A stretch of DNA of 44,861 nucleotides from Methanomicrobiales archaeon. GTDB lineage: Archaea; Halobacteriota; Methanomicrobia; Methanomicrobiales; JACTUA01. Numbering within the stretch: position 1 is the first letter of the stretch; each line of letters opens with the position of its first letter. The stretch is from assembly GCA_034679905.1 (NCBI GenBank), contig JAXDAH010000027.1, positions 1 through 44,861 on the forward strand, written 5' to 3'. The position numbers were made by a program, and so were the translations under genes. Below the pieces are notes generated by a model. The model was not told the origin of the DNA. It worked only from the letters and a program-made list of their open reading frames with translations, and ran no database searches. Positions 1 to 9,609 of this stretch are shown here, in pieces.

Positions 1-998
1 ACCTGGAGTACTTCATCGTCAACAACGACGAACTCGGGCGGGAGGTCGTGCACGCTCTTGCCGAAAAAGCAAGCGAGGGCCTCGAGGTCCGCCTGCTCTT
101 CGACGCCGTGGGAACGCGTGCCGGCAAAGGATCGAAGCAGGCCTTCCATGAACTGATAGATGCCGGCGGGCAGATCGGCGTCTTTTTCCCCTCGATCTAC
201 CGCTTCAACTACCGCAATCACAGGAAAATCGCGGTCATGGACGGAAAAGTGGGCTTTATTGGAGGGTTCAACATCGGGGACGAGTACCTGGGAAAAGGCC
301 CTCTCGGTTACTGGCGGGACACCGCCGTGAAGATCACGGGACGGGCCGTGAGCATGCTGCAGCTCCGGTTCTTCCTCGACTGGCACTTCACGACCAGGGA
401 ATACCTGAGCGCCGACCCGGTCTACTTTCCCGCGTTGGAGGGGAGTGGCAGAACGGCTGTCCAGATCGTCTCCGGCGGACCGGACACCCGCTGGAACCCG
501 ATAAAAGAGGGCTATATCAAGCTGATCAACGCTGCCCGGGAGTCTGTCTACGTCCAGACCCCCTACTTCATCCCCGACGACAGCATCTCGGATGCCCTGC
601 GCATTGCAGCGCTCTCCGGCGTCGATGTCCGCCTGATGATCCCCTGTAAGCCCGATCATCCCTTCGTCTACTGGGCGAGCCTCTCCTTTGCCGCCGACCT
701 GCTCGATAGCGGCGTCAAGGTCTACACCTACGATAACGGCTTCATCCACGCCAAGACCATCGTGGTGGACGGGAAGGCGGGCTCCGTCGGGAGCGCGAAC
801 TGGGACGTGCGGAGCTTCCGCCTGAATTTCGAGGCAAACGCCTTCATCTACGATGCGACGGTCGCGGCCGAGCTGAAGAGGCGTTTTCTTGACGATCTTG
901 CCGTGAGCACCGAGATGACGTCGGAGCGGTATGCAGAGCGTTCCCGCTGGATCCGGATCAAGGAATCCGTATCCCGGCTATTCTCGCCGCTCGGATGA
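1..998 (+). CDS. cls: Cardiolipin synthase / phospholipase D-family phospholipid synthase, 5'-partial (gene starts upstream of the window)
   Basis: The frame is open from the window edge (LEYFIVNNDELGREV precedes the listed GTG at 48). Two HKD motifs are present: HRKIAVMDGKVGFIGGFNIGDEY and HAKTIVVDGKAGSVGSANWDVRS. TGA stop at 996-998. Confidence 0.9.
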   Translation, partial: LEYFIVNNDELGREVVHALAEKASEGLEVRLLFDAVGTRAGKGSKQAFHELIDAGGQIGVFFPSIYRFNYRNHRKIAVMDGKVGFIGGFNIGDEYLGKGPLGYWRDTAVKITGRAVSMLQLRFFLDWHFTTREYLSADPVYFPALEGSGRTAVQIVSGGPDTRWNPIKEGYIKLINAARESVYVQTPYFIPDDSISDALRIAALSGVDVRLMIPCKPDHPFVYWASLSFAADLLDSGVKVYTYDNGFIHAKTIVVDGKAGSVGSANWDVRSFRLNFEANAFIYDATVAAELKRRFLDDLAVSTEMTSERYAERSRWIRIKESVSRLFSPLG

Positions 999-1451
999 GA
1001 TCGCCTCGCTGTCTTGCGAGAAAGGATACGGTATTCCTGCCCGGCGAATGAGGAAATAACCGCCGCAGAGGGCGATGATGACCAGTGCGATGCCGATCAG
1101 CTCGCCAGAGGTTTCCGTACCCAGGAGGATGACCTTCCTTGCGATGGCGATGATGGCGACGAGAAGGATGATCTCGACGTGAAACTCCCGTCTCTCCAGG
1201 TATACCCGTATCGTCTGCAACAGTTCCAGGCCGATGAGGATCAGCAGGAAATACCCGAAGAGTTCGAGCACCTCCTGGTTCTCCAGCCGGAAGGTAGAGA
1301 CCCCGAACAGTCCTATAGCCATCAGCCACCCCAGTTCGAGGAGTGTGAAGACGAGTACCACGATCAGGAATACAATGAGCGCGATGTACATGAAACGCTC
1401 GAACCACTCCAAGAAATGGCGCATATATGGTTTTATCCTGCAGATCAGCAT
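978..1451 (-). CDS. PsiE-like (phosphate-starvation-inducible E family) small integral membrane protein
   Basis: 157-aa ORF with about four hydrophobic helices and the layout typical of the PsiE family (FLEWFERFMYIALIVFLIVV..., LLVAIIAIARKVIL). Its 3' end overlaps cls by 21 nt in convergent orientation. Ends with TAG at 978-980. Confidence 0.65.
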   Translation of the reverse strand: MLICRIKPYMRHFLEWFERFMYIALIVFLIVVLVFTLLELGWLMAIGLFGVSTFRLENQEVLELFGYFLLILIGLELLQTIRVYLERREFHVEIILLVAIIAIARKVILLGTETSGELIGIALVIIALCGGYFLIRRAGIPYPFSQDSEAISSERRE

Positions 1452-1730
1452 AAATAACTGTCGGGGATCTCATTGGTTTTTACACACGGGGCTGCCTGGT
1501 TCCTGGTCAGACGGCTGAATTGGCCCGGTTCTGATCCCCCTCCTCTGTCAGCGAGGTCGTGAGGGCCGATCGATTCGTGCCCCATCATGGACCCTGGTGC
1601 CCTGGAGGAGCCCGTATTCTCCTTCAACTATTTCGCCATATACATCGACGGAAATCTCTTCTAGCGGGCACCGCGTCGTCCCGTACGCCCGATTGAGGGG
1701 ATCTTATCGTGCGATTCATGATTTTTGGGT

Positions 1731-3611
1731 TCAACGGTGATCGCTTTCATCCTGAATCCCTGCGTCCGGGATCGTCTCCGACGAGCCACGGTATCTCTTC
1801 GCGCCTAACTCCCAATCTTCGAGATCAACCTTCCCAATTTTCGCGAAGTAAGCGAACGTCACCGCGGCATGAATCACCCCGATATGCGAGAAGGCCTGCG
1901 GGAAGTTACCAATCTGCTCCCCTGTGACCGGGTCTATCTCCTCTGCAAACAAGCCCAGAGGACTGGCCTTCGCCAGCAGATTCTCGAATATCTCGCGCGC
2001 CTCTTTAACCCTGCCTGCCAGGATGAGAGCACTGACCAGCCAGAAGGTGCACAGGATGAATGTCGCTTCATTCCCGCTGAGACCTTCGGGAGCGTCGATA
2101 TAACGATAGCAGAGACCGTTGATGACCAGGTCTTTCATCGTCGCATCGAGCGTCGAAAGCATGCGAGGATCCTTGCCATCGATGAAGCCGATGATGGGAA
2201 GCATCAGATTGGCCGCATCGAGCACCTCATCCTCATAGGACTGCTTGAAGGCGTTCAGCTTGGCGCTCCAGCCTCTGGTCATTATCTCCTCGCGGATGGC
2301 GTCCCTCTCTTCCCGCCACCGCCTGGTATCGCCTTCAAGATTGAGTCCCTCGAAGATCTCAATCGCGGCATCGAGGGCGTACCAGATCATCGCTTTTCCA
2401 TACACGAAGTGTCGGAGACCGCCTCGAACCTCCCATATCCCGCTGTCCGGATCGTGTCGGCGTTCAATGAGCCAATCCAGGATCTTGTGGAGTCTTCGTC
2501 CTTCCTCGGGAGGTTTCCAGATGCCCATGCGCCAGGCGAAGCGGGCGGCACCCATTGCCTCCCCAACAACATCGAGCTGTAATTGATCCACCGCACCGTT
2601 CCCGATACGGACAGGTCTTGAGTTTCGATATCCGCTCAGGTGGTCTAAAATCTCTTCTGTGGTCTGCCCCTCGGGTGTGATGGGATAGAGGATCTTGATA
2701 TCGTCCGGGCGCACCGTGTTGTAGATCCATCTGGCATAACTCTCCCCAAAGTCGTGATAGCCGGCAAGAAATAACGCAAACAGCGTAAGCGAGCCGTCGC
2801 GGACCCAGGTGAATCGATAGTCCCAGTTCCTCTCACCCCCTATCTCCTCGGGTAGTGAGGTCGTCGGCGCCGCGACGACGGCCCCCGATGGCGCATAGGT
2901 CATCAGCTGCATGATGAGGGCGCTTCGGACGACCATATCACGGTACGGTCCTTTGTATGTGCACTTGCCAGCCCAATTCCTCCAGTAGCTCAGGGTTGAC
3001 TGCAATGCGGCAAAGATGGACGCCAGAGGGCTCTTGTCGAGGTCACTTGCCAGGGTAAAGTAGAACTGCTCTCCCGGACGGACGACGAATGTCTGTGAAA
3101 GCGACAGGTCGTCCTCGTCCTTGAGCCACCCCTGAGGTCCCGTGATCACGAACGGACCGATGTCCGCTTCATTTCAATTCAGCCCAATTATCGGGGCATC
3201 GCGAGCATAGTTGGGTCGGGGACGGCAGACGCTCTTCATCTCAACATTACCTTCCAAACCCCTCACTATCCTGATAAGCTTCCCGGGTGGACCGCCTTCC
3301 ATATCCTGTTCGGTCCAGGTCATGTCCATGAAGTCAAGCAGGGCAACCTTCCCTTGAGGGCACTCGAAGATCGTCTCCAGGATGTTTGTGTCCTTCAAGT
3401 AGCGGTGGCGGCTCTTGAAATCGCAGGTTGGCTGGGTGATCCAATTCCCACCGCGTTCAGGATCCAGGATTCCTGCAAATATCGATGGTGAGTCGAACCG
3501 TGGCCAACAGAGCCAATCGATCGAGCCGACACTGTTCACGAGCGCCGCCGCATGCCTGTTACCTATCAACCCATAATCCTCTATGGGCCAGAATCCGCCT
3601 TCTGGTTGCAA
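1731..3611 (-). pseudogene. Glycoside hydrolase family 15 (glucoamylase/trehalase-like), split by a single in-frame TGA
   Basis: ORF 3174-3611 carries the GH15 N-terminal domain (WPIEDYGLIGNRHAAALVNSVGSIDWLCWPRFDSPSIFAGILD). ORF 1731-3149 carries the (alpha/alpha)6 catalytic domain (ERNWDYRFTWVRDGS..., WEVRGG..HFVYGKAM). Both are in the same frame (3611-3149=462). They are separated only by TGA at 3174-3176 and 8 sense codons (NEADIGPF). Confidence 0.8.
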
Positions 3612-3894
3612 CGCCTAATCCCCTTCCCCTTTTACGAAAAAAACACCGCTCTTACCTTTTTTCCAAGATACGTCTGGAGATCCCGTAGAACCCCCTGACC
3701 ACCTGAGCCGCCGCGTAGACGCCCAGTGGTATGCCGCAATTCTCGACGGCATTATCTATGAAGTATCTCCCTCATACCCGGTTTCAGTGGCTGATCGTGC
3801 CAATAATATCGCCCGATCCTGCTCCGGCACCTCTGACATCCCCCACAACCTGTGTACGGCCTCCTGCAACGTTTCCCTTGTAAAAAGAGAGGAT

Positions 3895-4482
3895 TCAGGC
3901 CGAAGGTGCGGCCTGCCCCGCCTCTGCCCCCGGGGGCGTACCTTTCTCGCCGAACGCTTCACGGACTTTATTCTCGTTCTCTTCTGTTAACGAGGTCTTG
4001 ATCACGTGGCCCTTGAACTCTCCCATCTGGGCCAGCACCTTGTCGGGAGTGGCCTTCTTGATCAGCATGAAGACGGCCGAATTCCCCGGTTTCACCTGCT
4101 CGGCCACTTCTCGTATGAATTTGTCCTCGATACCGTAATCGGCCATCCTTCCGGCGAGCGCACCCATCACTGCCCCGATGGCCAGCCCCAGGAACGGCGC
4201 GAAGAAGATCAGCCCGAAGAGAAGCCCCCAGAAGGCCCCGCTCAGGGCCCCGCCGGAGACCAGATCCTGGGCCTGCTTGATGTTCACCTTGCCGTCCTGC
4301 TGGTGGACCACAACCACCAGATCTTCCAGATCGATGAGATGCTCTTTCTGGAGGTTCACCAGTTTATCTCTCACCTTGAACGCAGTATTTTCATCATCGA
4401 ATGCGACTACGACCAGTTCGCTCACGATATCCCCCTGTCCTCGTACCGGTGTCATCCAGGACGACAGGATGAACGTAAACAC
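3895..4482 (-). CDS. DUF1269-family membrane protein
   Basis: LVVVAFDDENTAFKVRDKLVNLQKEHLIDLEDLVVVV, followed by a Gly-rich TM segment (GALSGAFWGLLFGLIFFAPFLGLAIGAVMGALAG) and a second alpha/beta half. The true start may be ATG 4455 or GTG 4425, which is preceded by a GGGGG purine tract. Confidence 0.7.
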   Translation of the reverse strand: MFTFILSSWMTPVRGQGDIVSELVVVAFDDENTAFKVRDKLVNLQKEHLIDLEDLVVVVHQQDGKVNIKQAQDLVSGGALSGAFWGLLFGLIFFAPFLGLAIGAVMGALAGRMADYGIEDKFIREVAEQVKPGNSAVFMLIKKATPDKVLAQMGEFKGHVIKTSLTEENENKVREAFGEKGTPPGAEAGQAAPSA

Positions 4483-4768
4483 CGGACGATTTTCGTTCTA
4501 TGTCGATTCGGTCCTGGAACGCGATGACATGAAGCAATTCGTATTAAAATATCTTTGCCTGTGGAGAGGAGCTACTGCAGAAGAGGAGCAGTAGTTTCCG
4601 TTCGATGGCAGGGATTATCAGGCATTCGTTCTATGGGGTGGACTGCTGCCACTGCAAGCGCTATAGAGTGAGGAGGCAATCGGCGGTATGGCCATACCTC
4701 TATAGCATGATTTTTCGATGCTCTGGATGCGGGAGAAAAGGTTGGGGACTATCCATATCTTTATTGGC

Positions 4769-5749
4769 CTATTTTCCCAGAGCATCCTGCCGATCTGCAG
4801 GCTTTTCCGGGCAGTACTCCTTCCCCTCCACGGGCAGCGACTCGGCTTCGATATAGACGCGGTTTATCTCCGGATATGCGCTGCACAGGTCGGATTCGAT
4901 ACGACGGATCGCTTCGTGCATCTGCTCGGCCGTGGTGCCTGCAACGAAACACACCCCCATATTCACGAGCAGATCGTGCGATCCCATGTACATCGTGAGG
5001 ATATCTCCAGCGCGTTCGACCGACGGATCCGACTCTACCCTCCGCCGGATGTCGTCGAGCTCTTCGGGGTTCACGCCCTCGCCCAGCAGCAGGCCGCTGG
5101 TCCGCGACGCGAGGATCCAGGCCACGCTCATCAGCAGCAGGCCGATCGCGATCGATGCGACGCCGTCGAGATACGGATTGTCGAGCATGTGGCCGAAGAA
5201 GATCCCGAGGAACGCGAAGACGAGGCCGAGCATGGCCGCGCTGTCCTCGAACACCACCGTGTAGAGGCTCGGGTCCTTGGACCGCTGGATGTACTGCCAG
5301 GCGCTTCTGTCGCCCTTGGCCGTCAGGAATTGCCTGGTGGCGATGATAAACGAGCTACCCTCGACAACGAGCGAGATGGCGAGCACGATGTAGGCCGCTG
5401 TCGGGTCGCCCAGTTCGGCGCCTGGCGCGACGTGGCGGATATGGGAGATACCTTCGTACAGCGACAGCCCTCCGCCGATGCCGAAGATGGAGATCGCCAC
5501 GATATGGGTCCAGTAGTAGAGCGACTTGCCGTAGCCGAAGGGGTGGCTCGCATCGGCGGGCTGCCTGGCGCGTCTCAGTCCCAGCAGCACGAGGCAGCCG
5601 TTTCCCGTATCGACGAGCGAGTGGATGCCCTCGGCTATCATGGCCGACGAGCCGGAGAGTGCTGCCGCGACGAACTTGATGATCGCGATGATCAGGTTGG
5701 CGGCGATGGCCGCGATGACTGCGATTCTGGAACCGCCCTGCGTTGCCAT
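4769..5749 (-). CDS. Cation diffusion facilitator (CDF) family divalent-metal efflux transporter
   Basis: N-terminus IAVIAAIAANLIIAIIKFVAAALSGSSAMIAEGIHSLVDTGN, six TM helices and a C-terminal cytoplasmic domain (VERAGDILTMYMGSHDLLVNMGV). Confidence 0.85.
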   Translation of the reverse strand: MATQGGSRIAVIAAIAANLIIAIIKFVAAALSGSSAMIAEGIHSLVDTGNGCLVLLGLRRARQPADASHPFGYGKSLYYWTHIVAISIFGIGGGLSLYEGISHIRHVAPGAELGDPTAAYIVLAISLVVEGSSFIIATRQFLTAKGDRSAWQYIQRSKDPSLYTVVFEDSAAMLGLVFAFLGIFFGHMLDNPYLDGVASIAIGLLLMSVAWILASRTSGLLLGEGVNPEELDDIRRRVESDPSVERAGDILTMYMGSHDLLVNMGVCFVAGTTAEQMHEAIRRIESDLCSAYPEINRVYIEAESLPVEGKEYCPEKPADRQDALGK

Positions 5750-6212
5750 GGGCTACCTCCCTGCCGCCGGGGGATTCCCGGCGGCAGTCCTCCGCCCGTC
5801 CCCCGATTATCCGAGCGATACGGGTGCATTCTGTACGAACGAGCGGCCCTAACCAGTGTTGGGGCGCAGATATTAATCTTTACACCTGGCTGAAATCGAA
5901 GGGAGTTATACGATCGGGTCCCGCACTGGTTTTCCATCCGTGTTTTTCGGGAATCACCCGATATATACCCCTGAAATAAGCCATCAGAAGCGGCATGATG
6001 CGGCGACGAGTGCTCCGCGTGCATTCCTGGATGCCGAGGCGGCGATGCCCTGATGGCGCTCACTGCAAGAGTCAACCACCCGGGGCTGGGTCCTGCGATT
6101 GGTTTTCTCCTCGAACTGCAAAGGGCTGCGGCCTTTTAAACCAAATGGCCAGCGGTCGGAGGATATCAGCAAAGTCCAGAAACCATTTCGCAGATTCAAT
6201 GGGGGTTTTATA

Positions 6213-7256
6213 CTAACTGTCACGGTCCCCGCTGGCACTCTTCGGAGCCAGCGGAATAGACGAGTCGCCCCTTCTGTGGACAATCCCCAGCGTGGCATCA
6301 TCGCCAGTGTACTTCGATGCTTCCAAGAGCCAGGATTCGATATTTTCTTCAATGAAATCGGGCCCGTTTTCACGAATGCAACGGAGAATATCCCGGCCCA
6401 CGCATGAGAACCCTCTACTCCCTTCTGATATGTCGGGGAATGCATTGGAGTAGCCGTCCGTACAGATTGCTATCAGCTCGGGCGGAGACGGGTGCAGGGG
6501 CTGGAAACCGATGCGGAACGCATTCCATCCCCTCCTCTGGCATAACGATCTCGTTTCGTTCGCTACCTGGTCACGGTCCTCCGGCAGAGGATACGATACC
6601 GTTCCGCACTCGGATACGGTTAGAATATCTCCATCTCCAAGCTGCAGGTAAATAATGAATCGAGGCGCTATGCACACGGATAGGATCGTTGCGCCATAGG
6701 CTACTGAAAAGTCGCGCTTCAGGGCATCCCGTGCCCGAATCCCGGATCCATTTTTTACTTTTGACAGTTCAGCCGGTTCAAAGGGATGGTTCGAAAAGTC
6801 CTCCTCGACCTTTTGCATCCAGCTGTCATGAATGCGGCGGGGCAGGTGTGACTCGCTCCATCGCTTCACCTCCGATAAATTCAGCGGAGTGTCTTTCCGA
6901 AGGGCAAGCGCCAGCGATTCCTGAATTGCCTCCACCGCAGCCTGCACCGCGTAGAGAGCCCCTGTGGAACTGCGGACGTGTTTTGCGCTTCCATGACCAT
7001 CGGATACCGCGACAAGGAGAGGAAGAGCAGTGTCCCCGGGCTGTACGTGGCAGATCGCGTCCTGGTTCACATGCCCTGGGCCTTTATGCCGGCTGCCAAT
7101 CGATCTGCCGATGAAGTGCCATGCTCCCCCGCCATCGGTTCTCTGTCCTGCTGCCTTCTTTATTCGTCTGTCAGCATCTATACCCCTCTTGGGGCGTCGC
7201 GGTTTTTTTGACGATAGATCTCTCTTTCTGGGAGGTCTCCTCCCACTGTTCACCAT
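6213..7256 (-). CDS. PP2C-family Ser/Thr protein phosphatase (PP2C_2-like) with a very basic N-terminal tail
   Basis: HVNQDAICHV..LLVAVSDGHGSAKHVRSSTGA and a later ICTDGYSN acidic motif. The start overlaps the stop of the upstream vWA gene by 7 nt, suggesting translational coupling. Confidence 0.8.
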   Translation of the reverse strand: MVNSGRRPPRKRDLSSKKPRRPKRGIDADRRIKKAAGQRTDGGGAWHFIGRSIGSRHKGPGHVNQDAICHVQPGDTALPLLVAVSDGHGSAKHVRSSTGALYAVQAAVEAIQESLALALRKDTPLNLSEVKRWSESHLPRRIHDSWMQKVEEDFSNHPFEPAELSKVKNGSGIRARDALKRDFSVAYGATILSVCIAPRFIIYLQLGDGDILTVSECGTVSYPLPEDRDQVANETRSLCQRRGWNAFRIGFQPLHPSPPELIAICTDGYSNAFPDISEGSRGFSCVGRDILRCIRENGPDFIEENIESWLLEASKYTGDDATLGIVHRRGDSSIPLAPKSASGDRDS

Positions 7257-7969
7257 ACGCTCGGATCACCGCTACTCTTATCCTGATCCGGTAAAGCCAG
7301 CGGGATCTGGACGGGTGAAGTGGAACTTGGTTTTCCCTCGACATCCACGCCTCTGGATTGCGAGACAGAGTTCGTAACGGATGTGGACACCCAGCGAATG
7401 AACTTGGTCAGTTGCTCGGGATTATTCGCCTGCAACGGGTGGATTTCCGGGTGCGCGATAAACTCCTGCAGCGTCTCGTGCTTCACATCGCTCCCAATGG
7501 CAATGGCCATGCGAACGGCCTTTTTCCCCCAGGGTTGCTCCATGAGGGCTTTCAACCCGATCTTCCAATCGTCTGTGGGCATTCCGTCCGAGATGAGGAG
7601 AAGCACGGGAGGCAGCCCCCGCCGATCCATGACACCCGTCTGTAGCTGATCCGCGACGAGTTTCAGGGCGGCTCCCAGGTCTGTAACGCCGCCTGCAGTG
7701 AGGTCTTCCCATCTGACATCGGATACTCGTGTGGGTTGAGCGATGTGCCACTGGGCTCCTGTGGAGAACTTTACCGCCCGGACCAGCACTTCTGCGTGGA
7801 TGTTGGAATCCTGTTCCTTGGACATGATCGGCAGCACTTCCCGAATGGCCGTATTCAACGCCTGAATCTTCCCATCCATTCCCATCGAACCCGAACAGTC
7901 GCACAGGAAGATGAAGTGCAATGGTCGACCCTGCATGCCCGCTCCCGGGAAAAACGTATTTGAAACCAT
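7250..7969 (-). CDS. von Willebrand factor A (TerY-like) domain protein
   Basis: MIDAS DxSxS motif in FLCDCSGSM, a conserved Thr in GGVTDLGAAL and an Asp in LLISDGMPTD. Size of about 240 aa, with a C-terminal unstructured tail ending in W, typical of TerY-type vWA proteins. Confidence 0.8.
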   Translation of the reverse strand: MVSNTFFPGAGMQGRPLHFIFLCDCSGSMGMDGKIQALNTAIREVLPIMSKEQDSNIHAEVLVRAVKFSTGAQWHIAQPTRVSDVRWEDLTAGGVTDLGAALKLVADQLQTGVMDRRGLPPVLLLISDGMPTDDWKIGLKALMEQPWGKKAVRMAIAIGSDVKHETLQEFIAHPEIHPLQANNPEQLTKFIRWVSTSVTNSVSQSRGVDVEGKPSSTSPVQIPLALPDQDKSSGDPSVW

Positions 7970-8301
7970 GGTTGCTAACTCATCCCACCTTTACGGAATA
8001 AATTACTTTTCTGTCTTTGACTATTGACATAAGCATACCTAAATGATGAATTTAATCGCGATACGCATGGATCTGACCGCCTCATGAGCAGATTATCGTC
8101 TGCAGCGAATGAATCTCAATCGTACTGAAATTCTTGATTCATTTCAGGATATTTTTCAATTACGCTTACGGCTATTCAGAATATTTTGAGTCTCATGACC
8201 GTTCTTCCCCGTGTATTACTTATTTACGATCTCGTACGGGCCGGTCTTCCCGCAACATTAATAACAATATAACAGTGTGTTGTTAGATTCGTGAGGAGTG
8301 C
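7970..8301. promoter_or_regulatory. AT-rich divergent intergenic control region between the vWA-PP2C operon and the kinase gene
   Basis: 332 bp with no credible ORF and much more AT-rich than its surroundings. Contains several TA-rich boxes (e.g. TTAATAACAATATAAC at about 8259-8274) and a 7-bp inverted repeat CTGAAAT-N9-ATTTCAG at 8125-8147. GGAG lies 6 nt before ATG 8302. Confidence 0.4.
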
Positions 8302-9609
8302 ATGAGCCGGTTGCTTCAGGTCGGTGGAAGCGTCCAGTTCCAGTTTTCAGGTCTGGAAGGAAGGGTGGACAGCTTTCTCGGTGGCGGAGGCCAGGGAGAG
8401 GTATACCAGGTCTCCATTGAGGGCAAACCATGGGCCCTGAAATGGTATTTCCCCCATACGGCAACGGAGGAACAGCGCCGCGGGCTCGAGATCCTTATTA
8501 GGAGGGGTGCCCCAAATGACAGGTTTTTATGGCCTGTCGATCTTGCAACGAGTTCGAAGGCAGGATTTGGCTATCTCATGCCGCTCCGGGATCCTGCATT
8601 TACTGGCATGGCCGATTTGTTACGGGGAAAAGTGGCAGCAAATCTGTTCAACTGCACCACGATTGGATTGCAACTGGCTGACAGTTTCTTCCAGCTGCAC
8701 GCTATGGGTTTCTGTTATAAGGATATCTCGTATAACAACGTATTTTTTTGTTCCAAGACGGGGAACGTCCTGGTCTGCGATAACGACAATATCGGGATAG
8801 ACGGCGGGAGAACCTCCATCAAAGGCACGCCCTCGTTCATGGCACCGGAGATTGTGCGGAACGAGAAGATGCCCAGCACATCGACGGACCTCTACTCCCT
8901 CGCCGTCCTTCTCTTCTACATCTTCGTTCGGGCCCATCCCCTCGAAGGGAAGAAGGAATCCGAAATCCCGATCTTCGATCCGGATGCCAGCAGAAAGCTC
9001 TACGGATTCGAGCCCACGTTCATCTTCGATCCGGACGACAACTCCAACCGCCCGATACCGGGAGTCCCAAACCATGACAATGCCCTGCAGTGCTGGAGCA
9101 TATATCCCGGATACTTCCAGGAACTCTTCGAGAGATCGTTCACTGCAGGGATCCGGGATCCCGTGCATGGCAGGGTGCGGGAGACAGAGTGGCGGGCCGC
9201 TATCATCCAGCTTCGTGATTTAATCGTGTACTGTGGAAATTGTGGCGTGGAAAACATCCATGATCCAGAGGCATCCAAAAAGAATATCCGTTGCTGGCGC
9301 TGCGGCAAACCGGTCGTAACCCCCTCCCAAATTAAAATCGGGAAAAACCTGGTGATGCTAAACTACAATACGCAGCTTTTTCCACACCATACTGACCTGG
9401 ACCATCTCTATGACGTGAGCGAACCGGCGGCAGAAGTGGTCCGGCACCCGAAAGATCCCCGCATCTGGGGATTGAAAAACCTGACAGAGATTGCATGGAC
9501 TGCAACGATGCCCGGCGGGAGGACCGAGGTCATCGAGCCCGGGAAGAGCGTCACATTAAAACATGGTACGAGGGTGAACTTCGGCACAAAAATCGGAGTA
9601 ATTCATTGA
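8302..9609 (+). CDS. Ser/Thr protein kinase with atypical catalytic motifs, a C-terminal zinc ribbon and an FHA-like beta domain
   Basis: Gly loop LGGGGQGEVYQV. Lys in ALKWY. Catalytic loop YKDISYNN in place of HRDxKxxN. DND in place of DFG. GTPSFMAPE activation segment. CGNCG-x17-CWRCG zinc ribbon (nt 9232-9306). The C-terminal ~90 aa include RIWGLKNLTEIAWT...GTRVNFG, which is FHA-like. Confidence 0.8.
   Translation: MSRLLQVGGSVQFQFSGLEGRVDSFLGGGGQGEVYQVSIEGKPWALKWYFPHTATEEQRRGLEILIRRGAPNDRFLWPVDLATSSKAGFGYLMPLRDPAFTGMADLLRGKVAANLFNCTTIGLQLADSFFQLHAMGFCYKDISYNNVFFCSKTGNVLVCDNDNIGIDGGRTSIKGTPSFMAPEIVRNEKMPSTSTDLYSLAVLLFYIFVRAHPLEGKKESEIPIFDPDASRKLYGFEPTFIFDPDDNSNRPIPGVPNHDNALQCWSIYPGYFQELFERSFTAGIRDPVHGRVRETEWRAAIIQLRDLIVYCGNCGVENIHDPEASKKNIRCWRCGKPVVTPSQIKIGKNLVMLNYNTQLFPHHTDLDHLYDVSEPAAEVVRHPKDPRIWGLKNLTEIAWTATMPGGRTEVIEPGKSVTLKHGTRVNFGTKIGVIH

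Noticed and set aside
3174-3176. Selenocysteine (TGA in GH15) or pyrrolysine (TAG at 20436-20438) recoding as the primary explanation
   Set aside because: No SECIS-like or PYLIS-like context is evident. TAG and TGA serve as normal stops for neighbouring genes (e.g. TAG at 978-980, TGA at 9607-9609). The window also carries frameshifts and truncations, which makes mutation or error more parsimonious. Recoding is kept as a testable alternative in the findings.
4718-5893. 391-aa plus-strand ORF
   Set aside because: It is antisense to the well-supported CDF transporter. The translation is Arg/Gly/Asp/His-rich low complexity, typical of shadow ORFs in high-GC DNA.
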